A DNA stretch of 64,000 nt. Origin: Minisyncoccota bacterium. GTDB taxonomy: Bacteria > Patescibacteriota > Minisyncoccia > JAHISW01 > Tagabacteraceae. The notes under the pieces are model-generated. The model did not search any database and was not told where the DNA came from. It saw only the letters and a program-made list of their open reading frames with translations. Shown one piece after another: positions 18,086 through 28,191 of this stretch (positions are counted from its first letter, which is position 1; each line of letters begins with the position of its first letter). The DNA lies in NCBI GenBank assembly GCA_028711505.1, contig JAQTSC010000003.1:9397-73396 (forward strand), read 5' to 3'. A program made the translations under genes and the position numbers.

Positions 18086-20014
18086 ATGAACGGAGACAGT
18101 TTGGACAAACTTAAAAAGCGGCTTTATCGGGGAAACGGAAATTTCGATGACCGCGTGAAGAGGAAAAACGCGGAATCGGACAAACCGGACATCAAGACAT
18201 ATTGGCAGGACGGAATTTCTAAAAAACCGCTTCCCGAGAGCGAACTAAGGGGAACAGAAGATTTAATGGGTCCCAAAATCGGAAAAAAGAAAAAAACCAT
18301 TATTCTCACTTTGGCGTTTGCTTTTCTGGCGTTCGCTGTTGTTGTCGCGCTTGGAATCAGCGGAGTTTTTTCTTTGGGTAATATAGTGTCTTCAAGAAAT
18401 ATAGATATGGTTATTGAAGGTTCTCCGAATGTGGAGTCCGGAGTTCCCACAAGATGGAGAGTTCTTTTGACCAATAAAAACGAATCAAAACTTGAATTGG
18501 CGGATTTAATCATTGATTATCCTCTTGGTTCTTTGTCCGTGAAAGGAGAAAATGTTTCAAGAGAGAGGCGCGCTTTCGGAGAAATACTTCCCGGGCAGAC
18601 AAGAGACGAGGAAGTCGCTTTAATTTTTGTGGGGCAGGAAGATGATCAAAAAGAGGTTGTCATAACTCTTGAATACAGAGTGGAGGGTTCAAACGCGATT
18701 TTTGCCAAGACCGAAACAAAAACAGCCAGGATCTCACGTTCCCCCGTAGGAATTTCTTTTAATATGCCTCAGGAAACTGACTCCGGACAGGAAATCGCCG
18801 TAGAAGTAGAGTGTGTTTCAAACAGCAGCGTCGCCCTGAAAGATGTCTTGCTTAAAATAGAATATCCTCCCGGTTTCCAATTTTTGAGCGCGGAGCCGGA
18901 GCCTTATAAAGATAAAAATTCGTGGCTTTTGGGCGATTTGAATCCGCAAGAAAAAAGAAGTATTAAGATAAAAGGAATTTTGGAAGGTCAGGACATGAGC
19001 GAAGCGAATTTTAGGGCGTCGGTGGGGGTTAATGATGACGATGCTTCTTTGCTTGGTTCCGCCGCCACAGCCGTCTTAATCAAAAAGCCATTTTTAAATT
19101 TGGGTTTTCTTGTTAACGGCAAAGATATTGAATCGATTTCCGGGGCGGGAGGAAAATCTCTTTCTGTTTCAATTCCTTGGCAAAATAATTTGCCGGACGA
19201 AGTAAGGGACGTTTCCATAAAAGTGGTTTTAAAAAGCGAAGCCGTTGATTTTAGGACGCTTTCCGTCCAAGGCGGGGATTATAGCGCTTCTGGAAATTCT
19301 ATCGTTTGGAATTCTTCCAGTTTTAATAAATTTGCGGCGCTTTCCCCCGGAGATGAAGGCGTTGTCGACTTTTCTTTTCTTCTGAAAAATGTTTTTCCCG
19401 TTAATTCGTCGTCAGACAGGAATTTTTCCATAAAAATGGAAGCGGAAATGTCTGGGACGAGAAACAGCGAGTCGGGTGAAAGTTCCGTGGTAAAAAGCAT
19501 TGCCGATAAGGAAATAAAAATTTCTTCCGAGCTTCAGCTTGCGGCAAAAGTGCTGAGAGGTTCGGGTCCTTTTGCAAATACGGGTCCGCTTCCGCCGAAA
19601 GTCGGAGAAGCGACGACTTATACCGTGGTTTTTTCCGTTTCTAATCTGTATAATGATGTTCGCGACGCAGTTGTGCGGGCGGTTCTTCCTTCATATATAT
19701 CATGGACAGGAACGGTAAGCCCTTCGGATGCCGATATAAGCTTTAATTCGTCGACAGGAGAAGTTTTTTGGAAACTGGGAGTTGTTGAGGCGGGAACGGG
19801 TCTTTTAAAACCCGCGAAAGAAGCAGCTTTCAAAATATCTTTTACTCCGGCGTTAAATCAGATGGGTTCCACGCCGACGCTTGTTTCTCAAATTTCTTTG
19901 GAAGGCAGGGACACTTTTACGGATTTGCCTCTTCGCGATTCGGCAAATGATTTGGACATCGGTTCCATAAGCGAGGTTCAGGCGAACCAGAATTTAGGAA
20001 AAGTTTCAGAATAA
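18086..20014 (+). CDS. Large membrane-anchored extracellular protein, unknown function
   Basis: 642 aa; basic cytoplasmic N-terminus, single TM (TIILTLAFAFLAFAVVVALGI), long Ser/Thr/Asn-rich beta-type ectodomain. Confidence 0.4.
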   Translation: MNGDSLDKLKKRLYRGNGNFDDRVKRKNAESDKPDIKTYWQDGISKKPLPESELRGTEDLMGPKIGKKKKTIILTLAFAFLAFAVVVALGISGVFSLGNIVSSRNIDMVIEGSPNVESGVPTRWRVLLTNKNESKLELADLIIDYPLGSLSVKGENVSRERRAFGEILPGQTRDEEVALIFVGQEDDQKEVVITLEYRVEGSNAIFAKTETKTARISRSPVGISFNMPQETDSGQEIAVEVECVSNSSVALKDVLLKIEYPPGFQFLSAEPEPYKDKNSWLLGDLNPQEKRSIKIKGILEGQDMSEANFRASVGVNDDDASLLGSAATAVLIKKPFLNLGFLVNGKDIESISGAGGKSLSVSIPWQNNLPDEVRDVSIKVVLKSEAVDFRTLSVQGGDYSASGNSIVWNSSSFNKFAALSPGDEGVVDFSFLLKNVFPVNSSSDRNFSIKMEAEMSGTRNSESGESSVVKSIADKEIKISSELQLAAKVLRGSGPFANTGPLPPKVGEATTYTVVFSVSNLYNDVRDAVVRAVLPSYISWTGTVSPSDADISFNSSTGEVFWKLGVVEAGTGLLKPAKEAAFKISFTPALNQMGSTPTLVSQISLEGRDTFTDLPLRDSANDLDIGSISEVQANQNLGKVSE

Positions 20015-20034
20015 AATTTTTAGATAAAAACAAA

Positions 20035-21381
20035 ATGGCAAAAGAACAGGATAAAATGGAAAAAATAATTTCGCTCGCGAAACGTCGGGGGTTTGTTTAT
20101 CCGGGCTCGGAAATTTACGGAGGACTCGCCGGCATTTATGATTACGGACCGCTTGGCGTCGAGATGCGCCACAACATAAAGCAGTATTTTTGGAAGAAAT
20201 TTATTATTGAGCGCGAAGACGTCTACGGTATGGGTGCCGCCATTTTGATGCCGGCTAAAGTCTGGGAGGCATCGGGGCATACGGGAGTCGCCGGATTAGT
20301 GGATCCTCTTGTTGAATGCAAAATTTGCCATGAAAGGGTGCGGGCCGACCAACCGGAAGCGATAGCTGACCACGAGAAACTTCACAAGAACGAAAAAACC
20401 AAAATGGAATGGACAGAGCCGACAGTTTTTAATCTGTTGGTCAGCACCAGGCTTGGCGCTTCGGAAAAATCCGCCACTCAAGTTTATTTGCGCGGTGAAA
20501 TTACCCAGGGGGTTCACGTCAATTTCAAAAACGTTTTGGATTCAATGCATCCGAAGATTCCGTTTGGTATCGGACAAATCGGAAAAGCTTTCAGAAATGA
20601 AATCACGCCGCGAGATTTTCTTTACCGTCAGCGTGAATTTGAACAGATGGAATTGCAGTATTATATCAAGCCCGATGAGGCCGAAGGCAAAAAACAATAC
20701 GAGTACTGGAAACAGTTCGCTTTTGATTGGTACCTTGGTTTGGGCTTTAAAAAAGAGAATCTTCGTCTGCGTCAGCACGCGCCGGATGAACGCGCTCATT
20801 ATGCCAAAGATGCTTGGGATATAGAATACGATACCCCTTTCGCCGGATGGAAAGAGGCTTGGGGGCTTCACCATCGGGGAGATTGGGATTTGAAGCGCCA
20901 CAACGAATATTCAAACACAGATATGACTTATTACGACGAGGAGACAAAGGAAAGGTTTATTCCCTGGGATATTGAATGTTCCGGCGGAGTTGACAGGGCT
21001 TTTCTTTTTGTATTGCTTGAGGCCTATACCGAAGACGAACTAGGAGGCGAGACTAGGGCGTATTTAAAACTTTCTCCGAAACTGGCGCCTGTCAAAGCAG
21101 CGGTTTTTCCTCTTCTGAAGAACAAACCGGTTTTGGTAGAAAAAGCGAGAGGAGTTTATAAAATTTTGAAAGATGAGTTCGGAGCGATTATGTTTGACGA
21201 TAACGGGAATATCGGCAAACGATACAGGAGGCAGGATGAAATAGGCACTCCGTTTTGCGTAACTATAGATTTTGAAACTTTGGAAAACGACACGATGACG
21301 ATTCGCGACCGCGATACAGGAAAGCAGGAGAGAATTGACATAAAAGAAATTTCGGCATATTTTCAGGAAAGGTTGAAGTAA
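20035..21381 (+). CDS. glyQS: Glycyl-tRNA synthetase (dimeric class II form)
   Basis: 448 aa; canonical GlyRS N-terminus KRRGFVYPGSEIYGGLAGIYDYGPLG and class II motifs. Confidence 0.9.
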   Translation: MAKEQDKMEKIISLAKRRGFVYPGSEIYGGLAGIYDYGPLGVEMRHNIKQYFWKKFIIEREDVYGMGAAILMPAKVWEASGHTGVAGLVDPLVECKICHERVRADQPEAIADHEKLHKNEKTKMEWTEPTVFNLLVSTRLGASEKSATQVYLRGEITQGVHVNFKNVLDSMHPKIPFGIGQIGKAFRNEITPRDFLYRQREFEQMELQYYIKPDEAEGKKQYEYWKQFAFDWYLGLGFKKENLRLRQHAPDERAHYAKDAWDIEYDTPFAGWKEAWGLHHRGDWDLKRHNEYSNTDMTYYDEETKERFIPWDIECSGGVDRAFLFVLLEAYTEDELGGETRAYLKLSPKLAPVKAAVFPLLKNKPVLVEKARGVYKILKDEFGAIMFDDNGNIGKRYRRQDEIGTPFCVTIDFETLENDTMTIRDRDTGKQERIDIKEISAYFQERLK

Positions 21382-21399
21382 ACTTTTGTCGATATCTTT

Positions 21400-21657
21400 T
21401 TGGAAAAAAGGAGGAAAAAAATGCCGTTAAAATGTTCTTTTTGCAATAACGATTTAGACTTGAGCCGTCCGGAAGCCTTAGGGATAAGCGCCTTTCCTTC
21501 TTCAAACGCTTTTCCTTGCAAGGCGTGCGGACTTTTCCATTTCATAAGAGAAGATACCGGAGAAGCGCTAGTTGCGGAGATTATCGTTAAGGAAGCTTTT
21601 TTTCTGAAAAACGGAGAAGTCATTCAGGTTCAGCACGGGCCTCCTGTCTTTGCGTGA
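21400..21657 (+). CDS. Small zinc-ribbon protein, unknown function
   Basis: 85 aa with CSFC...CKAC (two CxxC pairs); RBS AGGAGG upstream; terminator downstream. Confidence 0.35.
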   Translation: MEKRRKKMPLKCSFCNNDLDLSRPEALGISAFPSSNAFPCKACGLFHFIREDTGEALVAEIIVKEAFFLKNGEVIQVQHGPPVFA

Positions 21658-21688
21658 CAGGCGCAGTTCAACAATATAGGACGGGCTT

Positions 21689-21706
21689 TCGGGCCCGTTT
21701 TTTATT
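21689..21706 (+). terminator. Rho-independent terminator
   Basis: gacgggctttcgggcccgt hairpin followed by tttttt. Confidence 0.5.
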
Positions 21707-21732
21707 TTATTAATTCGTGCTATTTTTAGAAA

Positions 21733-23019
21733 ATGATAAATTTCAAAAAGAAAACTTTAAAAAATGGGCTCAAAATAATAGCCGCGCCGATGAAGAACTC
21801 CGAAGCGTCCACTCTTTTGGCCTTGGTCGGAACAGGCTCGCGCAATGAAAACAAGAAGATAAACGGCATCTCTCATTTTTTGGAGCATATGTATTTTAAG
21901 GGAACCAAAAAGCGTCCGAAGATGGGTCAAATTCATACGGAAATGGACAGGATGGGAGCCGCCCATAATGCTTTCACTTCCAAAGAAACAACCGGGTTTT
22001 GGATAAAATCTTCAGGAAAAGATTTTGATAAAGGCTGTGATATTGTGTCTGACATGCTTTTGAACCCGGTTTTTAAGCCGGAAGAAATAGAAAAGGAAAG
22101 GGGGGTGATACTTCAGGAAATAAGCATGTATGAAGACGAACCCCGCCGCCGAGTTTGGGAAGTTTTGGAAAACGTAATTTTGGGCGACCAGCCGATTGGC
22201 TGGAATATTGCCGGAACCAAAGAAACTGTTTCAAAAATTTCCAAAAAAGACATAATTGATTACCGCGATAAAAATTATCTGTCTGAAAATACCATTATTG
22301 TCGCGACTGGAGATTTTGAAGCGGAGGACGTTTTTAAAAAAATAGAAAAATATTTCGGCGGGTTTAAAAAAGGGAAAAATAGACCGGCTGAAAAAGCTGT
22401 TTTGCCGAACAAGGAAACAAGGGCGAAAATAATTTACAAAGATTCCGACCAGACTCATCTGGCTTTGGGAATTCGCGCTTACGATATGTTTGACGAAAGG
22501 CGCTATCCTTTGGGGCTTCTTTCTTTAATTGTGGGCGGAAATTCTTCTTCTCGTCTATGGATGGAAATACGGGAAAAACTCGGGCTTGCTTATTATGTTT
22601 TTTCTTTTGCGGAGCAGTTTCTTGACTGCGGTTATTTCGGAATAGGAAGCGGCATACCGCATGAAAAATTGGAAGCGGTTTCCAAAAAAATCATCGAAGT
22701 CCTTAAATCGATAAAATTGAAAGGAGTTTCGGACAAAGAATTAAAAGATGCCAAAAGTTATACCCGGGGTCAGATGGCTTTAAAGCTTGAAACTTCCGAT
22801 GAAATAGCGTCTTTTTGCGCGGGCCAGGAGATTTTTTACGACGAAATTCTCCAGCCGGAAGAGATTCTTAAAAAGATTGAAAAGACGAGCAAAAATGATA
22901 TCCTAAAGATAGCGAATGATATTTTCGTTTCGGATAAAATCAGCATGACAGTGATAGGGAAACATTCTAATCCGGAACAAAAAGAAGATTTTTACAAAAA
23001 ATTATTTTCAAGAATATAA
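21733..23019 (+). CDS. M16 family zinc peptidase (insulinase/pitrilysin-like)
   Basis: Inverted zinc motif HFLEHMYFKGT (HxxEH) plus downstream Glu region; 428 aa. Confidence 0.8.
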   Translation: MINFKKKTLKNGLKIIAAPMKNSEASTLLALVGTGSRNENKKINGISHFLEHMYFKGTKKRPKMGQIHTEMDRMGAAHNAFTSKETTGFWIKSSGKDFDKGCDIVSDMLLNPVFKPEEIEKERGVILQEISMYEDEPRRRVWEVLENVILGDQPIGWNIAGTKETVSKISKKDIIDYRDKNYLSENTIIVATGDFEAEDVFKKIEKYFGGFKKGKNRPAEKAVLPNKETRAKIIYKDSDQTHLALGIRAYDMFDERRYPLGLLSLIVGGNSSSRLWMEIREKLGLAYYVFSFAEQFLDCGYFGIGSGIPHEKLEAVSKKIIEVLKSIKLKGVSDKELKDAKSYTRGQMALKLETSDEIASFCAGQEIFYDEILQPEEILKKIEKTSKNDILKIANDIFVSDKISMTVIGKHSNPEQKEDFYKKLFSRI

Positions 23020-24071
23020 TGCCGGAACAGCATAAAAAAAATATAGTGGAGATAAGTTTTGGTACGATAATAAAAACCGCTATTTTGGTGATAGCGATTG
23101 CTGTTCTCTATTATATACGCGATATAGTTGCGATGATCCTTTTCGCCATAGTCGTTGCTTCGGCTGTCGAGCCGGGAGCGGAATGGTTTGAAAAAAGAAA
23201 AATTCCCCGCGTTTTTGCCGTCATATTCATCTATGTAGCGGCTTTCGTTGTTCTGGGCGCCACTTTTTATCTTATCGTCCCGAATTTTATTTCAGAAATT
23301 TCCAATTTTATTTCTTCTCTCCCCGCTTTTTTCCAGAATCCTACCTTCCTTCAAAAAATTATTTCACTCGCGCCGTCGTCTTCCGACGGTTCTCTCGCCT
23401 CTCTCTTCCAAGAGATTTTCGTGCAATTTCAGAGCCAGATAAGCAAGGTGGCTTCCGGATTTTTCAAAACAACCGCCAGCGTTTTCGGGGGAGCGATGTC
23501 TTTTGTCCTTCTCATCGTTCTTTCTTTCTATCTTTCAGTGCAAAAGGACGGGCTTGAAGATTTTCTAAAGATAGTCACCCCTATAAAATACGAAGATTAT
23601 ATTCTTGGTTTGTGGCAAAGGTCGCGAACAAAAATCGGGCTTTGGATGCAGGGGCAGATACTTCTTGGAATTTTAGTTGGTGTTTTGGTGTTTTTGGGAC
23701 TTACAATTTTGGACGTGGAATATTCTTTGTCCTTCGCTTTGTTCGCGGCAGTTTTCGAAATTATACCGATATTCGGACCGGTCCTTGCTTCTATTCCGCC
23801 CATAGCCGTGGCTTTTTTGGAAAGTCCGACCCTTGCCTTGGAAGTCGCCATCCTTTTTATAATCGTACAGCAATTTGAAAATCATCTTATTTATCCTCTT
23901 GTCGTGAAAAAAATAGTAGGCGTTCCCCCCACTCTCGTGATTTTGGCTCTTCTTGTGGGAGGCAAGCTGGGCGGTTTTTTGGGGATACTTTTGGCTGTTC
24001 CGCTCGCAACCGTCTTGAAAGAATTTTTTAACGATGTCGCGGCAAAAAAACACCCGATTGCGACAAAATAA
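23019..24071 (+). CDS. AI-2E family (PerM/UPF0118-like) membrane transporter
   Basis: 350 aa, about 8 TM helices with topology typical of the AI-2E/UPF0118 family. Confidence 0.45.
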   Translation: MPEQHKKNIVEISFGTIIKTAILVIAIAVLYYIRDIVAMILFAIVVASAVEPGAEWFEKRKIPRVFAVIFIYVAAFVVLGATFYLIVPNFISEISNFISSLPAFFQNPTFLQKIISLAPSSSDGSLASLFQEIFVQFQSQISKVASGFFKTTASVFGGAMSFVLLIVLSFYLSVQKDGLEDFLKIVTPIKYEDYILGLWQRSRTKIGLWMQGQILLGILVGVLVFLGLTILDVEYSLSFALFAAVFEIIPIFGPVLASIPPIAVAFLESPTLALEVAILFIIVQQFENHLIYPLVVKKIVGVPPTLVILALLVGGKLGGFLGILLAVPLATVLKEFFNDVAAKKHPIATK

Positions 24072-24076
24072 AGGAT

Positions 24077-25618
24077 ATGGATGACGCGAAATCCCGTTTC
24101 TACATTTCCACTCCGATCTATTACGTAAACGCAAGTCCTCACATAGGACACGCTTATACTTCTGTCTTGGCTGATTCTTTGGCCCGGTATAATTATCTTT
24201 CGGGAAAAGAAATTTTTTTTCTCACCGGCACTGATGAGCACGGAGCGAAAGTCAGTCGCGCCGCTGACGCGAAAAATATTCCGGTAAAAGATTTTGTGGA
24301 TGAAAATTCGGAACGTTTTCGCGCCCTGGCGACCGCGCTTAATCTTTCTCTAAATGATTTTATCAGGACGTCTGACGAGAAAAAACATTGGCCCGGGGTT
24401 GAAAAACTTTGGCAGACTCTTGCCAACAATGGCGATATCTACAAAAGCACGTATAAAGGGCTTTATTGCGTCGGATGCGAAGCTTTTATTACGGAAAAAG
24501 ATTTAGTGGATGGAAAATGCGTTTATCACGGGAAGGAACCCGAAATAATAGAAGAAGAAAATTATTTTTTCCGTCTTTCAAAATATGGCGATAAAATAAA
24601 AGACGCCATTGAAAAAGGAGAGATGAAAATTTTTCCGGACAGCAGAAAAAACGAAGTACTTTCTTTTATAAACGACGGGCTTTCGGACATAAGCGTTTCT
24701 CGCCCGGCGCGGGACGTGAAATGGGGAATTCCGGTGCCGGCTGATCCGAGCCAAATTATTTACGTGTGGCTTGATGCTTTGGCGAATTATATTTCTGCTT
24801 TAGGTTTTGGCCGCGGCGATGACAGTCTTTTTCAAAAATTTTGGCCGGTGAATTTGCACGTTTTGGCGAAGGATATTTTAAGATTTCATGCCGTAATATG
24901 GCCGGCGGTTCTTCTTTCGGCAGAGATGCCTCTTCCGAAGGCGCTTCTGGTTCACGGGTTTATAAATGTTTCCGGCAAAAAGATGTCAAAATCAATCGGC
25001 AACGTCGTTGACCCTTTTGATTTGATAAGCCGTTATTCCGCCGATTCCCTGCGCCATTATCTTTTGCGGGAAATTTCTCCTTTTGAAGACGGCGATTTTA
25101 CGGAAGAAAAATTCAAAATTTCTTACAACGCCAACTTGGCGAACGGCCTTGGAAATTGCGTCTCGAGAATAGTAAAAATGGCTTTGTCGTATTTTGAAGG
25201 AAAAGTCATTAAGCCCGACGAGGCGTCATTAAGCGCGGTGCCGCTAAAGGAAAAAGGAGAAGAAACTTTTTCCCTTCCTTATATTTTTGAACATCAAGTT
25301 TGGCCGGAATATGAAAAATTGATGTCTGACATGAAGATAAATGAAGCTGTGGAGCATGCCGGTTCGGCAGTATCGCTTTTGGACAATTATATTCAGCAAT
25401 ACGAACCGTTTAAACTTATAAAAACAGACCCGCAAAAAACTTCCGTAGTTTTATGGAGTCTTTTGGACGGTATCGCCAATATTTCCTGGCTTATCTATCC
25501 GTTTATGCCGGAAACCGCCGAGAAAATAATGAAATCGCTCGGCGTTTTGGCATCCAAAAAAAGTTGGCAGGATTTTTCAGTAACTCCGGTTGAAAATCTT
25601 TTTCCGAAAAAATTGTGA
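24077..25618 (+). CDS. metG: Methionyl-tRNA synthetase
   Basis: FYISTPIYYVNASPHIGHAYT HIGH motif, CVGCEAF zinc knuckle, KMSKSIGN. Confidence 0.9.
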   Translation: MDDAKSRFYISTPIYYVNASPHIGHAYTSVLADSLARYNYLSGKEIFFLTGTDEHGAKVSRAADAKNIPVKDFVDENSERFRALATALNLSLNDFIRTSDEKKHWPGVEKLWQTLANNGDIYKSTYKGLYCVGCEAFITEKDLVDGKCVYHGKEPEIIEEENYFFRLSKYGDKIKDAIEKGEMKIFPDSRKNEVLSFINDGLSDISVSRPARDVKWGIPVPADPSQIIYVWLDALANYISALGFGRGDDSLFQKFWPVNLHVLAKDILRFHAVIWPAVLLSAEMPLPKALLVHGFINVSGKKMSKSIGNVVDPFDLISRYSADSLRHYLLREISPFEDGDFTEEKFKISYNANLANGLGNCVSRIVKMALSYFEGKVIKPDEASLSAVPLKEKGEETFSLPYIFEHQVWPEYEKLMSDMKINEAVEHAGSAVSLLDNYIQQYEPFKLIKTDPQKTSVVLWSLLDGIANISWLIYPFMPETAEKIMKSLGVLASKKSWQDFSVTPVENLFPKKL

Positions 25619-25621
25619 TTT

Positions 25622-26419
25622 ATGCAGCCAAAATTTATAGATATACACTGCCATTTGGATTTTGAGCAATTTGACAAGGACAGAGAAGAAGTTATCGGCC
25701 GGATGGTTGAAGAAAATATGCTCGCGATAAATATCGGAGCGGATTTGGAGAGCTCCCTGCGTTCCGTAGAGCTTTCTCAGAACTACGATTTTATTTTCGC
25801 TTCGGCGGGTATCCATCCTCATGAAGCTGAAAAAGATATTGACTGGGATAATTTTTTAAAGCTTGTAAAAAGCGATAAGATCGTGGCGATTGGAGAATGC
25901 GGATTGGATTATTACCGAGGTTTGGGGGATAAAAAATTGCAGGAAGAATTATTCCGAAAACAGATAGAAATCGCGATTAAATTAAAAAAACCGCTGGTGA
26001 TTCATTGCCGTGAAGCCCGCCTCGACTTGCCGAGGCTTGCCGAGGCGAGTCGGGCCCATAATGAAGTCTTGAAAATTTTGTCCGATTATCCGGGCGTAAG
26101 AGCCAACATCCATTTTTTTTCGGGGAACTGGCGGCAGGCGAAAAAATATCTTGAACTCGGATTTTTTCTTTCTTTTGCCGGTCCGATTACTTTCTCTCGC
26201 GATTACGACGAAGTTATAAAAAATATGCCGCTTGAGAGAATAATGGCGGAGACAGATTCTCCTTTCGCCGCGCCCAGTCCGTGGCGAGGCAGGCGCAATG
26301 AGCCGGTTTTTGTGAAAGAAATAATTAAAAGAATAGCGGAGATAAAGGAAATTGGTTTTGAAGAAACGGAACAAAAGATGCTAAAAAATGCGGTTGATTT
26401 TTTCGGTCTGAAAATCTAA
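25622..26419 (+). CDS. tatD: TatD-family metal-dependent DNase/hydrolase
   Basis: IDIHCHLDF N-terminal motif, internal HCR and C-terminal ETDSPF motifs. Confidence 0.85.
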   Translation: MQPKFIDIHCHLDFEQFDKDREEVIGRMVEENMLAINIGADLESSLRSVELSQNYDFIFASAGIHPHEAEKDIDWDNFLKLVKSDKIVAIGECGLDYYRGLGDKKLQEELFRKQIEIAIKLKKPLVIHCREARLDLPRLAEASRAHNEVLKILSDYPGVRANIHFFSGNWRQAKKYLELGFFLSFAGPITFSRDYDEVIKNMPLERIMAETDSPFAAPSPWRGRRNEPVFVKEIIKRIAEIKEIGFEETEQKMLKNAVDFFGLKI

Positions 26420-26430
26420 GGTATAAGTAC

Positions 26431-26503
26431 GCCGAGATAGCTCAGTTGGCAGAGCAACTCCATGGTAAGGAGTAGGTCGGGAGTTCGAATCTCCCTCTCG
26501 GCT
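26431..26503 (+). tRNA. tRNA-Thr (anticodon GGT)
   Basis: Cloverleaf: acceptor gccgaga/tctcggc, D-arm gctc-agttggca-gagc, anticodon stem actcc/ggagt with loop atGGTaa, T-arm gggag-ttcgaat-ctccc. Confidence 0.8.
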
Positions 26504-26510
26504 TAAGAAT

Positions 26511-26583
26511 GCCAGAGTAGCTCAGTTGGCAGAGCAACGCACTCGTAACGCGTAGGTCGGGAGTTCGAATCTCCCCTCTGGCT
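26511..26583 (+). tRNA. tRNA-Thr (anticodon CGT)
   Basis: Cloverleaf: acceptor gccagag/ctctggc, identical D-arm, anticodon loop ctCGTaa, T-arm gggag-ttcgaat-ctccc. Confidence 0.8.
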
Positions 26584-26609
26584 TTTGTTAAAGATGAACT
26601 TCTGATAAA

Positions 26610-27488
26610 ATGGATATTGAAAGCACAAAGAAAAAATTGGAAGAACTGGAAAGCGAACTTCAAAAACCCGATTTTTGGTCAGACAAAGAAAAAGCGCGGA
26701 CGGTTCTTAAGGAAATAAACGCTTTGAAAGAGCGTTTGTCTTCGCTTAATAAATACGATAAAGGAGATGCGGTGGCGAGCATTTATTCCGGAGCGGGGGG
26801 AGAGGACGCGGAGGATTGGTCAAGAATACTTTTTGAGATGTATCAGAAATTGGCCGAACGCAGAGGATGGGGGCTTAAGATTCTTCATGAACACAGAAAC
26901 GACACCGGCGGTCTTAGAAATATCACTTTCGAAATTTTGGGCAAAAAAGTTTACGGAGACATTAAAAAAGAAATGGGCGTGCATCGTCTCGTAAGAGTGT
27001 CTCCTTTTTCCGCGAAAAATTTGCGTCATACTTCTTTTGCGCTTGTTGAAATTTTGCCCAGGGAAGTGGAGCGGCAGGAAATAGAAATAAGGCCGGAAGA
27101 TCTAGAAGTGGATTTCGCGCGTTCGTCGGGACCAGGAGGCCAGAACGTAAATAAAAGGGAAACGGCGGTGCGACTAAAACATAAACCTACCGGATTAAAC
27201 GTTCATGTTGACTCGGAACGGTCTCAGCAAAGGAACAGAGACAGGGCGGAGGAGCTCTTGCGTTCAAAATTGTTCAGCCTTTACCAAAAATACAAAAAAG
27301 AAGAAATAGACGCGCTTAAAATTACCGGCAAAATGGAACCGGAATGGGGGAACCAGATACGTTCGTATGTTTTTCATCCGTACAAATTGGTAAAAGATCA
27401 CAGAACTGCCGTGGAAACGGTAAAAGTTGACGAAGTCTTGGCCGGAAATTTGGAAGAATTTATAGAGGCGGAGAAAAATCTGCCGTAA
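26610..27488 (+). CDS. prfB: Peptide chain release factor 2
   Basis: SPF tripeptide (RVSPFSAKN) and GGQ motif ([18 protein letters not shown]); 292 aa, N-terminally short relative to E. coli RF2. Confidence 0.85.
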   Translation: MDIESTKKKLEELESELQKPDFWSDKEKARTVLKEINALKERLSSLNKYDKGDAVASIYSGAGGEDAEDWSRILFEMYQKLAERRGWGLKILHEHRNDTGGLRNITFEILGKKVYGDIKKEMGVHRLVRVSPFSAKNLRHTSFALVEILPREVERQEIEIRPEDLEVDFARSSGPGGQNVNKRETAVRLKHKPTGLNVHVDSERSQQRNRDRAEELLRSKLFSLYQKYKKEEIDALKITGKMEPEWGNQIRSYVFHPYKLVKDHRTAVETVKVDEVLAGNLEEFIEAEKNLP

Positions 27489-27498
27489 AATACAATCC

Positions 27499-28179
27499 AT
27501 GATTTATTTTAATAATGTTTCAAAAGTTTATTCCGATACTTCAACAGCTCTTCAAGACGTGGATTTTTCGATTGAAGAAGGAGAATTTGTTTCAATTGTC
27601 GGACAATCCGGCGCCGGAAAAACCACTCTGATTAAACTTTTTTTGGCGGAAGAAAGGCCGACTGCCGGAAAAATATTTCTTGATTCTTTAGATATCCATT
27701 CTCTTCCAAGGGGAGACCTCCATGTATTAAGAAGAAGAATAGGAACTGTATTTCAGGAATTCCGCCTTCTTCCCACAAAAACCGCTTATGAAAACGTAGC
27801 TTTTGCCATGCAGGCCGCGGGGAAAACCGAAGAGGAAATAAGAAAAGATGTTCCTCAGGTTTTGGAAGTTGTCGGTCTTGTTGAAAAAAGTTTTCATTTT
27901 CCGAGCGAACTTTCCGGGGGCGAAAAACAGAGAATAGCGATAGCGCGCGCCATCATAAACAGGCCGGACGTGATTGTGGCGGACGAACCGACCGGGAACC
28001 TGGACCCTTTGAATGTTCAGGAAATCATAGAGCTTCTTAAAAAAATAAATGAACTTGGAACTACCGTGATTTTAACCACTCACAATAAGGATATAATCAA
28101 TTCGCTTAGCCGCAGAGTTATCACGCTTGAAAAAGGCCGCGTGGTGCGGGATGATAAAAAGGGCAGATATGTATTATAA
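27499..28179 (+). CDS. ftsE: Cell-division ABC transporter ATP-binding protein FtsE
   Basis: Walker [13 protein letters not shown] signature LSGGEKQR, Walker [13 protein letters not shown]. Confidence 0.85.
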   Translation: MIYFNNVSKVYSDTSTALQDVDFSIEEGEFVSIVGQSGAGKTTLIKLFLAEERPTAGKIFLDSLDIHSLPRGDLHVLRRRIGTVFQEFRLLPTKTAYENVAFAMQAAGKTEEEIRKDVPQVLEVVGLVEKSFHFPSELSGGEKQRIAIARAIINRPDVIVADEPTGNLDPLNVQEIIELLKKINELGTTVILTTHNKDIINSLSRRVITLEKGRVVRDDKKGRYVL

Positions 28180-28191
28180 ATTTCTGTAAAT

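Noticed and set aside
26442-26663. 73-aa minus-strand ORF
   Set aside because: It overlaps both tRNA-Thr genes antisense and is spurious.
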